From: Simkaniaceae bacterium
Lineage (GTDB): Bacteria > Chlamydiota > Chlamydiia > Chlamydiales > Simkaniaceae
Assembly: GCA_050248615.1 (NCBI GenBank)
Contig: JBFWSA010000001.1
Coordinates: 13,100 to 77,099 of the forward strand
Length of the DNA: 64,000 bases
Direction of reading: 5' to 3'
The notes under the pieces are model-generated. The model had not been told where the DNA came from, did no database searches, and was given only the letters and a program-made list of their open reading frames with translations. How positions within the stretch are numbered: the first letter of the stretch is position 1; each line of letters starts with the position of its first letter. Of this stretch, positions 1-12,077 are shown piece after piece. The position numbers and the translations under genes were made by a program.

Positions 1-43
1 AAGATCCTTTTCATTCATGGTGGAATGAATTTTTAAACACCCT

Positions 44-691
44 CTAGGGGGGGATTCCATGGGCACCCTCTTCATACCATTTGCGAAGCTCTTTTAGGGA
101 GTGAGAAAGGCGCTGGGCAATCAGTTCTTGCGCCTCTTTTTTGTCCATATCGGCATAGTCTTCCCAGAGAATGGGAGTTCCAAAAACAACCGCTGTTTTC
201 CCAAAAAATTTGGGCAATTTTCGATTCCGACTCCAGATCTCATAGGTTCCATGAATATAGGTCGGAATGATCGCACATTCACTTTTTGAAATGAGCATCC
301 CTATTCCTGGCTTAATCTCTTGCAACTGATTATCTCTTGAACGGGTTCCCTCGGGGAAAAGGAGCACCTTATGCCCCGCTTTTAAAAGTTGATGGACAAG
401 CTTCATCACTTTTAAGTTTGTGGCTTCCTTTTGAACCGGATGCGTGTTGAGAGCGCTTATCGCCTTACCAAAAAACGATTTAAATAAGGTTTGTCTAGCA
501 AGGAAATGGATTTCTCCAGGACAGGAGATGGCTATGATCGGAGGATCGAGAAATGAAACATGATTGGGAGCAATAATAGCACTTCCCGAAAGATAATGAT
601 TTTTTCCATAAACCTTGAGTCTATAAAAAACTTTAAAGATCAACCGAAAAAAATAGATGACTGTGAAATAAAATAGTTTGTGAAACATCAC
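44..691 (-). CDS. plsC: 1-acyl-sn-glycerol-3-phosphate acyltransferase
   Basis: NHVSFLD (HX4D) and FPEGTRS acyltransferase motifs; follows cmk as in chlamydial gene order. Confidence 0.9.
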   Translation of the reverse strand: MMFHKLFYFTVIYFFRLIFKVFYRLKVYGKNHYLSGSAIIAPNHVSFLDPPIIAISCPGEIHFLARQTLFKSFFGKAISALNTHPVQKEATNLKVMKLVHQLLKAGHKVLLFPEGTRSRDNQLQEIKPGIGMLISKSECAIIPTYIHGTYEIWSRNRKLPKFFGKTAVVFGTPILWEDYADMDKKEAQELIAQRLSHSLKELRKWYEEGAHGIPP

Positions 692-1362
692 GACTTCACC
701 CTTTGATCGTATATACCCTTCATTTGATCAATGACCTCTAGAATACTCAAGTCTGAGGTATCTACAAGAACGGCATCGTCTGCTTGTTTAAGAGGAGCCA
801 GGGTGCGGTTTGAATCATAGGCGTCTCTCTCTTGAATCTCTTGCAAAATCTTTTCAAATGAAAAGGATTGTTCTGGAAACTTTTCTTGGAGATCTTTTAA
901 ACGCCGCTGGGCTCGGACTTCTGCTCGAGCTGTTAGAAAGAACTTTAGATCTGCATGGGGAAACACTACCGTTCCTAAGTCCCTTCCTTCAAAAACAGCA
1001 TCGGTTTCCTCGGAAACACTGACTTGGATAGGTTTTAATGCTTCCCGTACCTGACTTAGGGCAGAAACAGCGGAAACCTGCGCTGTTACCTCTTTGCTGC
1101 GAATAGCCTTCGTGACATCGGTCGTGCCCACATAGTAGTGGCCTTCCTTGATGTGAAAAGAAAAAGCCCTTAATAATGCCCCTAATTTCTTATGATCATG
1201 CAAAGAAATCCCTTCCTGAAAAACCTTCCACGTAATGGCTCGATAAAGAGCTCCTGTATCGAAATAGGAAAAACCCAAGGCTTCTGCAAGCCCCTTTGCA
1301 ACAGTCGATTTACCAGTCCCCGCGGGACCGTCAATAGTCACCACTTTGTGCTTAACAGACAT
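688..1362 (-). CDS. cmk: cytidylate kinase
   Basis: TIDGPAGTGKST P-loop, DTGALYRA, EGRDLGTVVFP; start set at the ATG of MSVKHK (the ORF track extends to 1428). Confidence 0.95.
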   Translation of the reverse strand: MSVKHKVVTIDGPAGTGKSTVAKGLAEALGFSYFDTGALYRAITWKVFQEGISLHDHKKLGALLRAFSFHIKEGHYYVGTTDVTKAIRSKEVTAQVSAVSALSQVREALKPIQVSVSEETDAVFEGRDLGTVVFPHADLKFFLTARAEVRAQRRLKDLQEKFPEQSFSFEKILQEIQERDAYDSNRTLAPLKQADDAVLVDTSDLSILEVIDQMKGIYDQRVKS

Positions 1363-2206
1363 AGAGGAAGAAATAAATGATTGGGGTTGTAAAAAGTAAG
1401 GAATCAAGCATGTCCAAAACACCTCCAAGACCTGGTAATCGATTACTATCTTTCACATCTGCATCTCGTTTGATAAGAGATTCTGCTAAATCTCCCACTT
1501 GTCCTAAAAATCCCAGTAGAGCTCCCAAATACAGGCTTTGCATGAGTGAAAGATGAAACCCTCCAATAAAATGAGAGACAAGATAAAAAAGAAAACTAAA
1601 AATAATGGCTGAAACAAACCCAAAAGCAGCACCTGTAATCGTTTTTCCAGGGCTGAGTTGAGGAGCTAGTTTTCTATGCCCTAAAAGCCTCCCTCCAAAA
1701 TAAGCCCCAATATCTGTAATCTTAGTGACCACTAATAGATAAAGAAGCCAGAGTCGCCCTTCATGCCCCATCTTACAGGGACTATAAAGATAAAGAATTT
1801 TTAACATCAACCCTAGAGGAATCGCAACATAACAAATGCCAAAGAGACTTTTGGCTAAAGAGGTAATGGCACCATCGATCTTATCGTAATGATAGAGGAA
1901 AACACAAATCATCCCAAAAAACAATAGGATGAAAGGGAGGATAGAAAACGTATGATCAAAGGTGGAAATGAAAAAGCCAAGGATCATTAAAGCCCCGATA
2001 GCTATGCAGAGTTCAACCAAACCTTTCTTTTCTGTAAGATTCGCTAAGCGTCCATACTCCCAAATTCCAATGGCACCCAACCCAGCCGTAAAAAGGGTAA
2101 TAATCCACTTCACGACCCCGACATAAGAAAAAACCAAAATACAAATGAGAACAGCTAGAGAGATAATCGAAGTCACAAAACGTTTAGATAGATCTTGAAA
2201 CTGCAT
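1352..2206 (-). CDS. cdsA: phosphatidate cytidylyltransferase
   Basis: Polytopic membrane protein with SPGKT, GDLAESLIKR and GGVLDMLDS motifs. Confidence 0.95.
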   Translation of the reverse strand: MQFQDLSKRFVTSIISLAVLICILVFSYVGVVKWIITLFTAGLGAIGIWEYGRLANLTEKKGLVELCIAIGALMILGFFISTFDHTFSILPFILLFFGMICVFLYHYDKIDGAITSLAKSLFGICYVAIPLGLMLKILYLYSPCKMGHEGRLWLLYLLVVTKITDIGAYFGGRLLGHRKLAPQLSPGKTITGAAFGFVSAIIFSFLFYLVSHFIGGFHLSLMQSLYLGALLGFLGQVGDLAESLIKRDADVKDSNRLPGLGGVLDMLDSLLFTTPIIYFFLYVC

Positions 2207-2974
2207 TTAACCTCCAAATCGCCTTTGGCGCCCTTGGTATTGAGCAATCGCATGAAGCAAGTCTTTAGGAGAAAAATCGGGCCAAAGGGTATCGGTTGTC
2301 ACCATTTCACTATAAGAAATCTGCCAAATTAAAAAATTACTCACTCTTTGCACACCACTGGGGCGAATCAATAAATCAGGATCGGGCCAAGGAGCTGTGT
2401 CTAAATAGGAAGAGATCGTCTCTTCAGAAAGATCTTCCCAATGGAGCTTTCCCTTTTCTACCTCCTTTGACATTTTAAGAATAGCGCGCCGCAATTCATC
2501 TCGCCCCCCATAATTAAGAGCCAAGATCAAGTCAATTTTTTCACATTGCTGGGTAGCTCGCATGCTTTCTTGCAGTTGTAATTGAATGCTTTCCGGAAGA
2601 CGCAATGTATCTCCAATGGTATGAAGCCTCACCCCTTCTTTGATCAGTGTCTGCCGTTTATTGATGAGATAAGCCTCAAGAAGCTGCATCAAAAGGTCAA
2701 CTTCATTTTTGGAACGTTTCCAATTTTCCGTCGAAAAAGAGTAGACTGTGAGGGCTTTTACACCGAGCTCAGCGGCAGCTCGAACAATCAAGTCCAGTTG
2801 TTCTGCTCCACGCCAATGCCCCGCCTCAATCGGTTTGCCATACTTTTTTGCCCAACGCCGATTTCCATCCATCACAATGGCAATATGTTCAGGAATTAAT
2901 TTGGGGTCGAGGGAAGCGTAATCTTCTTCAGAATAAATAGGGTTTTCGACTGTCACAAGCGATGGATCATTCAT
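2207..2974 (-). CDS. uppS: undecaprenyl/isoprenyl diphosphate synthase
   Basis: HIAIVMDGNRRWA, FSTENWKR, NYGGRDE, DLLIRPSG..RVSNFLIWQ. Confidence 0.95.
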   Translation of the reverse strand: MNDPSLVTVENPIYSEEDYASLDPKLIPEHIAIVMDGNRRWAKKYGKPIEAGHWRGAEQLDLIVRAAAELGVKALTVYSFSTENWKRSKNEVDLLMQLLEAYLINKRQTLIKEGVRLHTIGDTLRLPESIQLQLQESMRATQQCEKIDLILALNYGGRDELRRAILKMSKEVEKGKLHWEDLSEETISSYLDTAPWPDPDLLIRPSGVQRVSNFLIWQISYSEMVTTDTLWPDFSPKDLLHAIAQYQGRQRRFGG

Positions 2975-4252
<1,278 letters not shown>

Positions 4253-4367
4253 TCAGTTTAATAAATATTACTATCACATCTTGAGAGTTACACACAATGT
4301 TTTCTCTAGACATAATCCTCTGAGGAAGCTATCCTATTTTTTTAAAAAATATAAGGATTTTAGCTCT

Positions 4368-7300
4368 ATGGAACGGCAAAAGCGTTGGCAATTTGTGCTT
4401 ATTACAGTTGTCATTCTTCTCACCCTGTACAACATACTCCCGACAGTCCTCTTCTATTCAAAGCCTTTGAACCATCCTATTGGAGAAAAACGTGCTGAAG
4501 CTGTAGCAAAAGCTGCTGTGAATCGAGTGAATGCTCTTGAACCCCAAGCCATTGACTGGCTAAAATCTTACAACAAGCTGCTAGGACTGAAAGCTTCAAC
4601 CGTCACTTTAGATGCAGAGAACCCTCAACTGATTCATGTACGGTATAACAACTCTGAAGACGCAGAAAAGCTCCGTAGACATATCCCTCGAGCTGGCTCT
4701 CTTATCCCTTTTATCCCCGCTCAGCTCTCTCTCATTCAAGACAATCTAGATCAAGATCCTCAGGTCGTCACCCTTCAAAGGGCTATTCCCATCCATTTTG
4801 ATACAACTCAGGTGAACTCCTATTTTAAATTCACCCCCAAAAGAGAGAGTGATGGATCTATTGCCCCTCTTTATCAAGAAATCATCGATGATCGGGTGAT
4901 GCAAGTCGGCTTAGCTGTTGGAGGGATTAGTGAAAATGCACAGTTCCTTGAAACCATTTTACACCACAAAAATAACCCCCGTTCCGAAGAGTTTCTTCAA
5001 ATCCTTTCTCACAACATCCTGACCTATTCAAAAGTATTTGGAGAAAGTTCCCCTATTGCCAAACGTTACTATGCGACTTTCACACAAGGCCCCATGGAGA
5101 ATAAGAAAGGGGCCATTGACCAGCTGACTCGCAGTTTTGAAAGCTACCTAGACCAACTCAAGTTGGAGAGAATTTCCCTCCAAGATGCCGAAGCAAAAAA
5201 ACGAGAAAGTGGCGGCTTTCTTGACACACAAGATCAACAAAGACTCGATTTTCTGAAGTCAAAAGAAAAGAAGCTGAGCGCAACAATTGGAATTCTAAAT
5301 CGGCAGAATAGTAGCTTTAGCTCAGGTCCCTCTCCTTGGACCTATGCCAAATTGAAGCAAGATATTGCTCTCTCTCAAAAAGAAGGCCAAGGGATCCACT
5401 CGATCCCCGTCGGATCCTTAAGTCCCTTAATCAGCGCCATTCACATCGACTGGAATAATGACCGCATCGACTTAGAACTCCATGAAGATATCGAAGCCTA
5501 CAAAAATAAAATTGCCACCACAAAATCTTATCTGAGTGAATCGCTTAGCCAACTCATCTACAACGAAATTGCTCGAATCAGCCGAGAAACAGGAGAAGTG
5601 CTCACTCCGCAGGGCAATCACTTTGCTGTCCACCTAAACACTTTGACGAATAGCCAAAGCCTTTTGGTGATGGATCTTGGCTCGATTGCAAAAAAACAAG
5701 CTGAGCAGCTGTTGCATCTCCTTAGAACAGAATGGAATCCGTCTCATCCTGATCTAAAACGCTCGGCATTTCCGATTTATGATTATCAAACATTTCAAAA
5801 TCTTCCCGCCCTCGAGCAAAAAATTGGCTTAGTGGTTTATGCTCCTGCACAATTTGAAACGCAACCTTCTTCGGGATTTAGAACCAATTCCGTTTATGTG
5901 ATTGCCAAAGGGACTCAGGAAATTTTAAACAAACTGAGCGAAAACCCGAACTCTCCCCAAGCACGCGCATTCATTCAAGACTTCACAAACCTACGAGAGC
6001 TTTTGCAAAACAACGGTTTCTACGGTTACCCAGGAACCACCTATCCTTTAAGTACAAATTTTGCTAAAGATTTCATTTTTGAAGCAGAGGACTTTTATAA
6101 TAACATCTTAAGTGCAACCCGTGAAGACTTTACCGTACATGGAACTAGAAAATACGCCACCCTTGAGTTTACCAATGTCGAACAACGGATCTTAGCACAA
6201 AACCGGATCGAGACCCAGGAGCATGAAGACCTTCTTAAGTGGCGAGACGAATACCAAGCTGCAGAGGTCAGTACAAGTAGTGGTACTAAGTATGATATTC
6301 CCGCTCCAACCCAAAATCCCCTCCTCAGCAATCTCGCTCTCAGTGCGCGCAAATACTTCCGGGGAGATGATCGTAAAATCCTCCATTGGGGACTTGATCT
6401 TTCTGGAGGAAAAACAGTACAGATTCAACTCCGCGACAATAGCAACAAAGTCGTCACAAATGATGCTGACATCAAGCAAGGAATCAATGAGCTTTATAAT
6501 CGCGTAAACAAAATGGGGGTTTCTGAAGTCTCTATTCGTCAAGAAGGCTCAAATATCACGCTAGACTTCCCCAGTGCTCAAGGCCTTTCTGCTACAGATT
6601 TAGTGAAAGCTTCATCCATGTACTTCCATATTGTGAATGAAAAGTTCACCCCTAACAATCAAACGCTAGCTCCAGCAGTGAATAAATTCTTGCAAGACGT
6701 ATGGAACGAAGCGGTAGTGACCAATCGGAAAGACATCGAAAGCATTAATCAAATAGCCTGGAAGCATCTCTATGGCGATACACTTGACACCGAGATGGTC
6801 CAACCAGTCAGTGAAGCGGCTAAAACACTCTACGATCAAGGACTGCGTCTCAGCCCTCCAGGAGAGACAGCCACGAGTAGCACCTTTAACGATTCTATTT
6901 CCAAAATTGCAATTTTTAGAGGGGAAAACTTCTCTGACTGGCATAACCAAACCAATCCTCTTTTGATTGTAATGAGAAACTACGCTCTTGAAGGCGCAAA
7001 TCTAACAGATGTCCATGCAGCATACGACCCTTCGAAAGGCAACTTCCTCTCCTTCCAAGTCAAAGGATCTCAAACGCTTTCTGATGGTCAAAAAATAAAC
7101 CCTCGAAACGAACTCTATAGCTGGACCTCTGCTTTTTCCAAGGAGAAAATTCAAGGAACTCCTCTAGAAAAATACACTCAAGGGCAGGGGTGGCGCATGG
7201 CAGTAATCTTAAATGGCTCTGTCATCAATGCTCCCACAGTCGAATCTGCTTTGCGAGATAACGTCTCGATCTCTGGAAGTTTTACGCAACGCGAAGCCAA

Positions 7301-8924
7301 CCGTTTAGAAGCTGACTTAAAAGCTGGCTCCTTAAGTTTTGCTCCACACATTTTGTCTGAAAAAAATGTCAGCCCTGAGCTAGGAATTAAAGACCGCACC
7401 ATGGGTATTATTGCCACTATCGTCGCTTTAGTTCTCGTGATTTTATTGATGGTGAGTTACTACCGTTTTGCAGGAGTGATCGCCTCGATTGCTGTCCTTT
7501 TTAATCTCCTCATTATTTGGGCTACCCTTCAAAACATTTCAGCCACAGTCACCTTAGCAGGAATTGCGGGAATTATCCTTACAGTGGGAATGGCTGTTGA
7601 TGCTAACGTTCTTGTATTTGAAAGGATTCGAGAAGAGTTTGCCATTTCTGGAAGAATCGCCCAAGCGGTCCAAGCGGGTTATCGAAAAGCCTTCTCTGCG
7701 ATTTTAGACTCAAATGTCACAACCATTATTGCAGCACTCATCCTCCTTCAGTTTGATTCGGGCCCCATTAAGGGCTTTGCTGTCACCCTGATCATCGGTA
7801 TTGTCTCTTCCATGTTCACAGCCCTTTTCATGACACGCTATTTCTTTGCTGGTTGGGTACAAAATCCCAAGAATAAAGTCCTTAAAATGGCAAATATGAT
7901 CAAAAAGACTCATTTCAACTTTTTGAAATATGGAAAAGTGAGTCTCTATGGGGTCATTGCTGTTGCTCTCATAGGAGGCTACCTTCTCATTGCTCAACGT
8001 AGTAGTATGTTTGGAATGGACTTTACAGGAGGATACTCTGTAACTTTAGAAGTAGAGCCTCAATCGGATACGCATTATCGCAAAAATATCGAACAGGCAT
8101 TGCTCAATGCAGGAGCTACAACTCAAGATGTCCATGTGAGAGAACTGACACCTTCTAACAATATAAAAATCCTTCTAGGAAGAAGCCTGGATCAAGCGGG
8201 AAAACCTTTTTATAATATGCCCCTTGAACTCGACGAAAAAAATGTAACCTATGCTTACCAAAACAATCCCCGTTTAGCATGGATGGTAAATACATTAGAA
8301 AAAAGTGGCATTGAACTGACTCCTCAATCTCTCAAAAACCTTGATAGTCATTGGACAAGTATTAGTGGTCAGATGTCACATGCAATGCGCAATAGTGCCA
8401 TCATTGGTCTTTCTCTTGCCCTCATTTGTATTTTGGCATACATCACCATCCGTTTCGAATTCAAATATGCCATTAGTGCTACCATCGGTCTAGCGATCGA
8501 TGTTATCATCACAGGAGCTATTATGAGTTTGTTGCACTTTATGGGAGTTCCCATTCAAATTGACCTCAATACGATTGCTGCCATCATGACAATCATTGGA
8601 TACTCGCTCAATGATACCATCATTATTTTTGATCGTATTCGGGAAGACTTAAGGCATATGCGTAAAGCACCTTTCAAAGATGTTATCAATCATGCTCTGA
8701 ACGTGACGTTGAGTAGAACGGTGATGACATCAGGAACCACGCTTGTTGTCCTTTTAGCACTCCTTGTTTTAGGAGGAAGTGCCATCTTTGGTCTTTCTCT
8801 CGTCATGGTTATCGGAGTCGTTTTTGGTACCTTCTCGTCACTTTTCGTCGCTGCACCACTCCTTCTCTTCTTCCATAGAAAAGAGGAATCCAAGGCTGAA
8901 AAACTCACCTTGAATGAAAATTAG
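4368..8924 (+). CDS. secDF: SecD/SecF fusion protein with large N-terminal extension
   Basis: GLDLSGG, GMAVDANVLVFERIREE, GMDFTGG, GYSLNDTIIIFDRIRE; start at ATG 4368 after AAGGA. Confidence 0.93.
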   Translation: MERQKRWQFVLITVVILLTLYNILPTVLFYSKPLNHPIGEKRAEAVAKAAVNRVNALEPQAIDWLKSYNKLLGLKASTVTLDAENPQLIHVRYNNSEDAEKLRRHIPRAGSLIPFIPAQLSLIQDNLDQDPQVVTLQRAIPIHFDTTQVNSYFKFTPKRESDGSIAPLYQEIIDDRVMQVGLAVGGISENAQFLETILHHKNNPRSEEFLQILSHNILTYSKVFGESSPIAKRYYATFTQGPMENKKGAIDQLTRSFESYLDQLKLERISLQDAEAKKRESGGFLDTQDQQRLDFLKSKEKKLSATIGILNRQNSSFSSGPSPWTYAKLKQDIALSQKEGQGIHSIPVGSLSPLISAIHIDWNNDRIDLELHEDIEAYKNKIATTKSYLSESLSQLIYNEIARISRETGEVLTPQGNHFAVHLNTLTNSQSLLVMDLGSIAKKQAEQLLHLLRTEWNPSHPDLKRSAFPIYDYQTFQNLPALEQKIGLVVYAPAQFETQPSSGFRTNSVYVIAKGTQEILNKLSENPNSPQARAFIQDFTNLRELLQNNGFYGYPGTTYPLSTNFAKDFIFEAEDFYNNILSATREDFTVHGTRKYATLEFTNVEQRILAQNRIETQEHEDLLKWRDEYQAAEVSTSSGTKYDIPAPTQNPLLSNLALSARKYFRGDDRKILHWGLDLSGGKTVQIQLRDNSNKVVTNDADIKQGINELYNRVNKMGVSEVSIRQEGSNITLDFPSAQGLSATDLVKASSMYFHIVNEKFTPNNQTLAPAVNKFLQDVWNEAVVTNRKDIESINQIAWKHLYGDTLDTEMVQPVSEAAKTLYDQGLRLSPPGETATSSTFNDSISKIAIFRGENFSDWHNQTNPLLIVMRNYALEGANLTDVHAAYDPSKGNFLSFQVKGSQTLSDGQKINPRNELYSWTSAFSKEKIQGTPLEKYTQGQGWRMAVILNGSVINAPTVESALRDNVSISGSFTQREANRLEADLKAGSLSFAPHILSEKNVSPELGIKDRTMGIIATIVALVLVILLMVSYYRFAGVIASIAVLFNLLIIWATLQNISATVTLAGIAGIILTVGMAVDANVLVFERIREEFAISGRIAQAVQAGYRKAFSAILDSNVTTIIAALILLQFDSGPIKGFAVTLIIGIVSSMFTALFMTRYFFAGWVQNPKNKVLKMANMIKKTHFNFLKYGKVSLYGVIAVALIGGYLLIAQRSSMFGMDFTGGYSVTLEVEPQSDTHYRKNIEQALLNAGATTQDVHVRELTPSNNIKILLGRSLDQAGKPFYNMPLELDEKNVTYAYQNNPRLAWMVNTLEKSGIELTPQSLKNLDSHWTSISGQMSHAMRNSAIIGLSLALICILAYITIRFEFKYAISATIGLAIDVIITGAIMSLLHFMGVPIQIDLNTIAAIMTIIGYSLNDTIIIFDRIREDLRHMRKAPFKDVINHALNVTLSRTVMTSGTTLVVLLALLVLGGSAIFGLSLVMVIGVVFGTFSSLFVAAPLLLFFHRKEESKAEKLTLNEN

Positions 8925-8988
8925 AATGGCCAAAGCCATTCAAACGTGGTAAAAGTTTAGTAACATTTGAAAGTGTGAGAAATCTGAC

Positions 8989-10728
8989 TTGAAAGAGGTC
9001 AAAGACAATCAACAAAATCTATTATGGGTTTATCCTAACTATAGCCCTGAGTGGTGTGATTCCATAGTAGAGGAGTTTAATATCCATCCCGTTACCGCAC
9101 AAGTCCTCGTTTCACGAGGATTTTCTACTTTTGAAGATATCTACAATTACCTCTATGCAAAGCTCCCCAATCTCCATTCACCTGACCTTTTTATGGATAT
9201 GGATAAAGCCGTCAAGCGTATTATCCATGCCCTGCAAAACAAAGAAAGCATTCTCATTTATGGGGATAATGATGTCGATGGGATTACGGGAACCACCCTC
9301 TTAGTCGATTTTATTAGACATGTTGGAGGGATCGCCTACTACTACGTTCCCCACCGCACCTCTTCACACCCTTCCATGATTACGGATGCCCTCACCTACG
9401 CAAAAGAGAAAAACTGTACCCTTCTCATCACTGTGGACTGCGGGATCACCGCTGCAAAAGAGATTGAAGAGGTCATCCGACAAAAAATCGATGTGATTAT
9501 TTCAGATCACCATGAGCCTACCGATAAAATCCCTCTGTGTATTGCAACGCTTAATCCCAAGCTGATCAATAGCACCTACCCTAACCGCGACTTAACAGGC
9601 GTGGGAGTGGCTTTTAAATTGGCACATGCCATTACCAACCACTTAGTCTCTGAAGGGAAGATCAGCTCTGCTCATGTCGATTTGAAACGTTATCTAGACC
9701 TTGTCGCCCTCGGTACGATTGCTGATATGGGAGCCCTTGTCGGAGAAAACCGCATCCTCGTCCGTTATGGTCTCCGTCAATTTGCTAAAACAAAGCGGGT
9801 GGGCCTGCTCAAACTCATGGAAATCTGTGAAGTTAAGCCCAGCACGATTAATACCACAGATATTGCTTCAAAAATCGCTCCACGCTTAAATAGCTTAGGG
9901 CGCATTGCTGATCCCCTGAAAGGGGTAGAGCTGATGCTGATGCACGATATCGTAGGGGCTGAACACTTAGCGCAAGAGCTCGATGATAACAATACGCAAA
10001 GACAACAAATCGAAAGGCGTGACTCTGATGATGTCGAAGCTTATATAGAATCCAATCCCCAAATTCTCGAAAGTAAAGCCATTGTTCTCCACTCCGATAA
10101 ATGGCACCCCGGAATTATTCCTATCATTGCAGCACGCATTTCCAAGCAATACAACCGCCCCACCCTTATTATTGCTGTAGATGGAGGGATTGGAAAGGGA
10201 TCTATTCGCACGATTCCCGAGTTCCCTCTTCTGAATGCTCTCCATCAAAGTGGAGACCTCTTAGTGAATTTTGGAGGGCATGACTATGCTGCGGGCCTGA
10301 TTATTAAAGAAGAAAATATCCTGCAATTTAAAAAATCTTTCATCGAGCTCGCCAACCAGACTCTCAATAATGAAGATATCCTTCCCAAGCTGCACCTCGA
10401 TGCCCGCGTACAGTTTGAAGACCTTACCTTTGAGTTTCTGGATTCTATGCAACTCCTCGAACCCCATGGAACAGGAAACTCTCCCCCTATTCTCTACACC
10501 GATGTTATCCAAACTTGGCCCCCCAAAGTCATTGGGAAAACACACTTAAAACTTTACCTCGAACAAAATGAGCGTATGCTTGAAGGAATTGGTTTTGGTC
10601 TGAGCGAACACCGCAGCAAACTGACCAAGAAAAACCTAAAGCTTCAGATCGCCTTCACCCCCCATGTCAATGTCTTCCTCAACAAGTCCAGTATCCAGCT
10701 CCTCATTAAAGATTTCAAAATCAAATAA
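8989..10728 (+). CDS. recJ: single-stranded-DNA exonuclease RecJ
   Basis: YGDNDVDG, ITVDCG, SDHH, GTIAD, PRLNSLGR, FGGH. Confidence 0.95.
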   Translation: MKEVKDNQQNLLWVYPNYSPEWCDSIVEEFNIHPVTAQVLVSRGFSTFEDIYNYLYAKLPNLHSPDLFMDMDKAVKRIIHALQNKESILIYGDNDVDGITGTTLLVDFIRHVGGIAYYYVPHRTSSHPSMITDALTYAKEKNCTLLITVDCGITAAKEIEEVIRQKIDVIISDHHEPTDKIPLCIATLNPKLINSTYPNRDLTGVGVAFKLAHAITNHLVSEGKISSAHVDLKRYLDLVALGTIADMGALVGENRILVRYGLRQFAKTKRVGLLKLMEICEVKPSTINTTDIASKIAPRLNSLGRIADPLKGVELMLMHDIVGAEHLAQELDDNNTQRQQIERRDSDDVEAYIESNPQILESKAIVLHSDKWHPGIIPIIAARISKQYNRPTLIIAVDGGIGKGSIRTIPEFPLLNALHQSGDLLVNFGGHDYAAGLIIKEENILQFKKSFIELANQTLNNEDILPKLHLDARVQFEDLTFEFLDSMQLLEPHGTGNSPPILYTDVIQTWPPKVIGKTHLKLYLEQNERMLEGIGFGLSEHRSKLTKKNLKLQIAFTPHVNVFLNKSSIQLLIKDFKIK

Positions 10729-11911
10729 GACCCTCACTGGGAAAGTGGAAAAAATTGTGTTTGGAGGGTCTGGGCTCATGCGCCACCAAGGGTGCGTGAT
10801 CTTTGTCCCTTTTTCAGCTCCTGGAGATGAAGTTTCCTTAAAAATCACTCAGGAAAAAAAGAACTTCAAAATCGCTCAAATCGAAAAGATCCTTCATCCC
10901 AGCCCCGACCGTGTCTCTCCCCCTTGTCCCCATTTTGAGTCCTGCGGAGGGTGCCAGTTGCAGCACCTTTCATACGAAGCACAACTAAAAGCCAAACGCT
11001 CTTTTGTAGCGGAAGCTCTTGGCAAAGAAATTGAAATTGTCCCAGCCCCTTCTCCTTGGCATTACCGTTCTCATCTGAGGTTTAATCTGCGTAAGGAGGG
11101 AAAAGGATTTCACTATGGTTTTATCGCCACCGATAATGCCTCTCTAATCGAAATCCAGGAGTGCCCCCTGTTTTCTCCAGAAACGTCCCTTTTCTCCTCT
11201 CTTAAAACCTACTTGCAAACCCTTCCGAACGCAGGAATCCAATCAGCCTCGTGTCGCCTCTTTAAAGAGGAGAGTCGTTTCATCCTCGCCTTTTCTTTTT
11301 TTCCTCGCCTTCCTAAAACTCTCCCCCCCTTTCCCCTTGCAAAAGGGGTCGCTTTTAAAAGCCCTCAAGAAGAGATCCATCAAGGAAATACCCATATTAA
11401 AACACACCTCTTAGGAGTCCCTGTCTCCTTTTCCCCCTACGGATTCATGCAAAATAATCTCGCCATGAGTGAAAAACTCTATCAAACAGTGCTCGACTGG
11501 GTAGGCCCTAAACCCAAGAAGGTCCTCGATCTCTACTGCGGTGTCGGGATTACCTCTACCCTTCTCTCAAGGATGGGACATGATGTCATTGGTGTGGAAT
11601 CCAATAAAGAAGCCCTTAAAAAAGGGCAGGAAGCACGTTTTATCTGCGCCCCCGTTGAAGCCGTTTTACCCAAACTCTTAGAGACCTTTCAGCCCGATGT
11701 TATCCTCGTCAATCCTCCCCGCACCGGACTATCCCCAGAAGTCCGCCTTTCCCTTAAGGCTCCAGAATTACTTTATATCTCTTGTATGCCTGCAACCTTA
11801 AAGCGAGATCTACAAGACCTTCAAAGGCATTTTCGCATTGATAAGGGTCTAGCCTTCGATATGTTCCCTCAAACCACCCATGTGGAAACCCTTGTCCGAC
11901 TCGTTATCTAA
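10664..11911 (+). CDS. TrmA/RlmD-family RNA m5U methyltransferase
   Basis: TRAM-like N-terminus, CPHFESCGGCQLQH, DLYCGVG, NPPRTG, YISC, FDMFPQTTHVE; true start uncertain (overlaps recJ). Confidence 0.88.
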   Translation: MSMSSSTSPVSSSSLKISKSNKTLTGKVEKIVFGGSGLMRHQGCVIFVPFSAPGDEVSLKITQEKKNFKIAQIEKILHPSPDRVSPPCPHFESCGGCQLQHLSYEAQLKAKRSFVAEALGKEIEIVPAPSPWHYRSHLRFNLRKEGKGFHYGFIATDNASLIEIQECPLFSPETSLFSSLKTYLQTLPNAGIQSASCRLFKEESRFILAFSFFPRLPKTLPPFPLAKGVAFKSPQEEIHQGNTHIKTHLLGVPVSFSPYGFMQNNLAMSEKLYQTVLDWVGPKPKKVLDLYCGVGITSTLLSRMGHDVIGVESNKEALKKGQEARFICAPVEAVLPKLLETFQPDVILVNPPRTGLSPEVRLSLKAPELLYISCMPATLKRDLQDLQRHFRIDKGLAFDMFPQTTHVETLVRLVI

Positions 11912-12076
11912 CGCGAATTGCGGATTAGATCTCTATAGAAACGTTCAGATTTTTGAGGAGATTTTTAGAAAAATCTGCAAAGGAGATAGCCAAAGCGCTA
12001 TCTTCAAGCAGTTTTTCCTAGAAAGATTCCAAAAAAATGGGTGTTTCTATAGAGATCTAATCCGCAATTCGCGTTA
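11909..12076. mobile_element. 168-bp palindromic MITE-like element A
   Basis: Perfect 34-bp inverted repeat TAACGCGAATTGCGGATTAGATCTCTATAGAAAC (11909-11942 / 12043-12076), TA at both ends, imperfectly palindromic interior. Confidence 0.8.
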
Positions 12077-12077
12077 T

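Noticed and set aside
4368..6400. Very long SecDF N-terminal extension as a novel fusion
   Set aside because: An oversized SecDF is a known chlamydial feature
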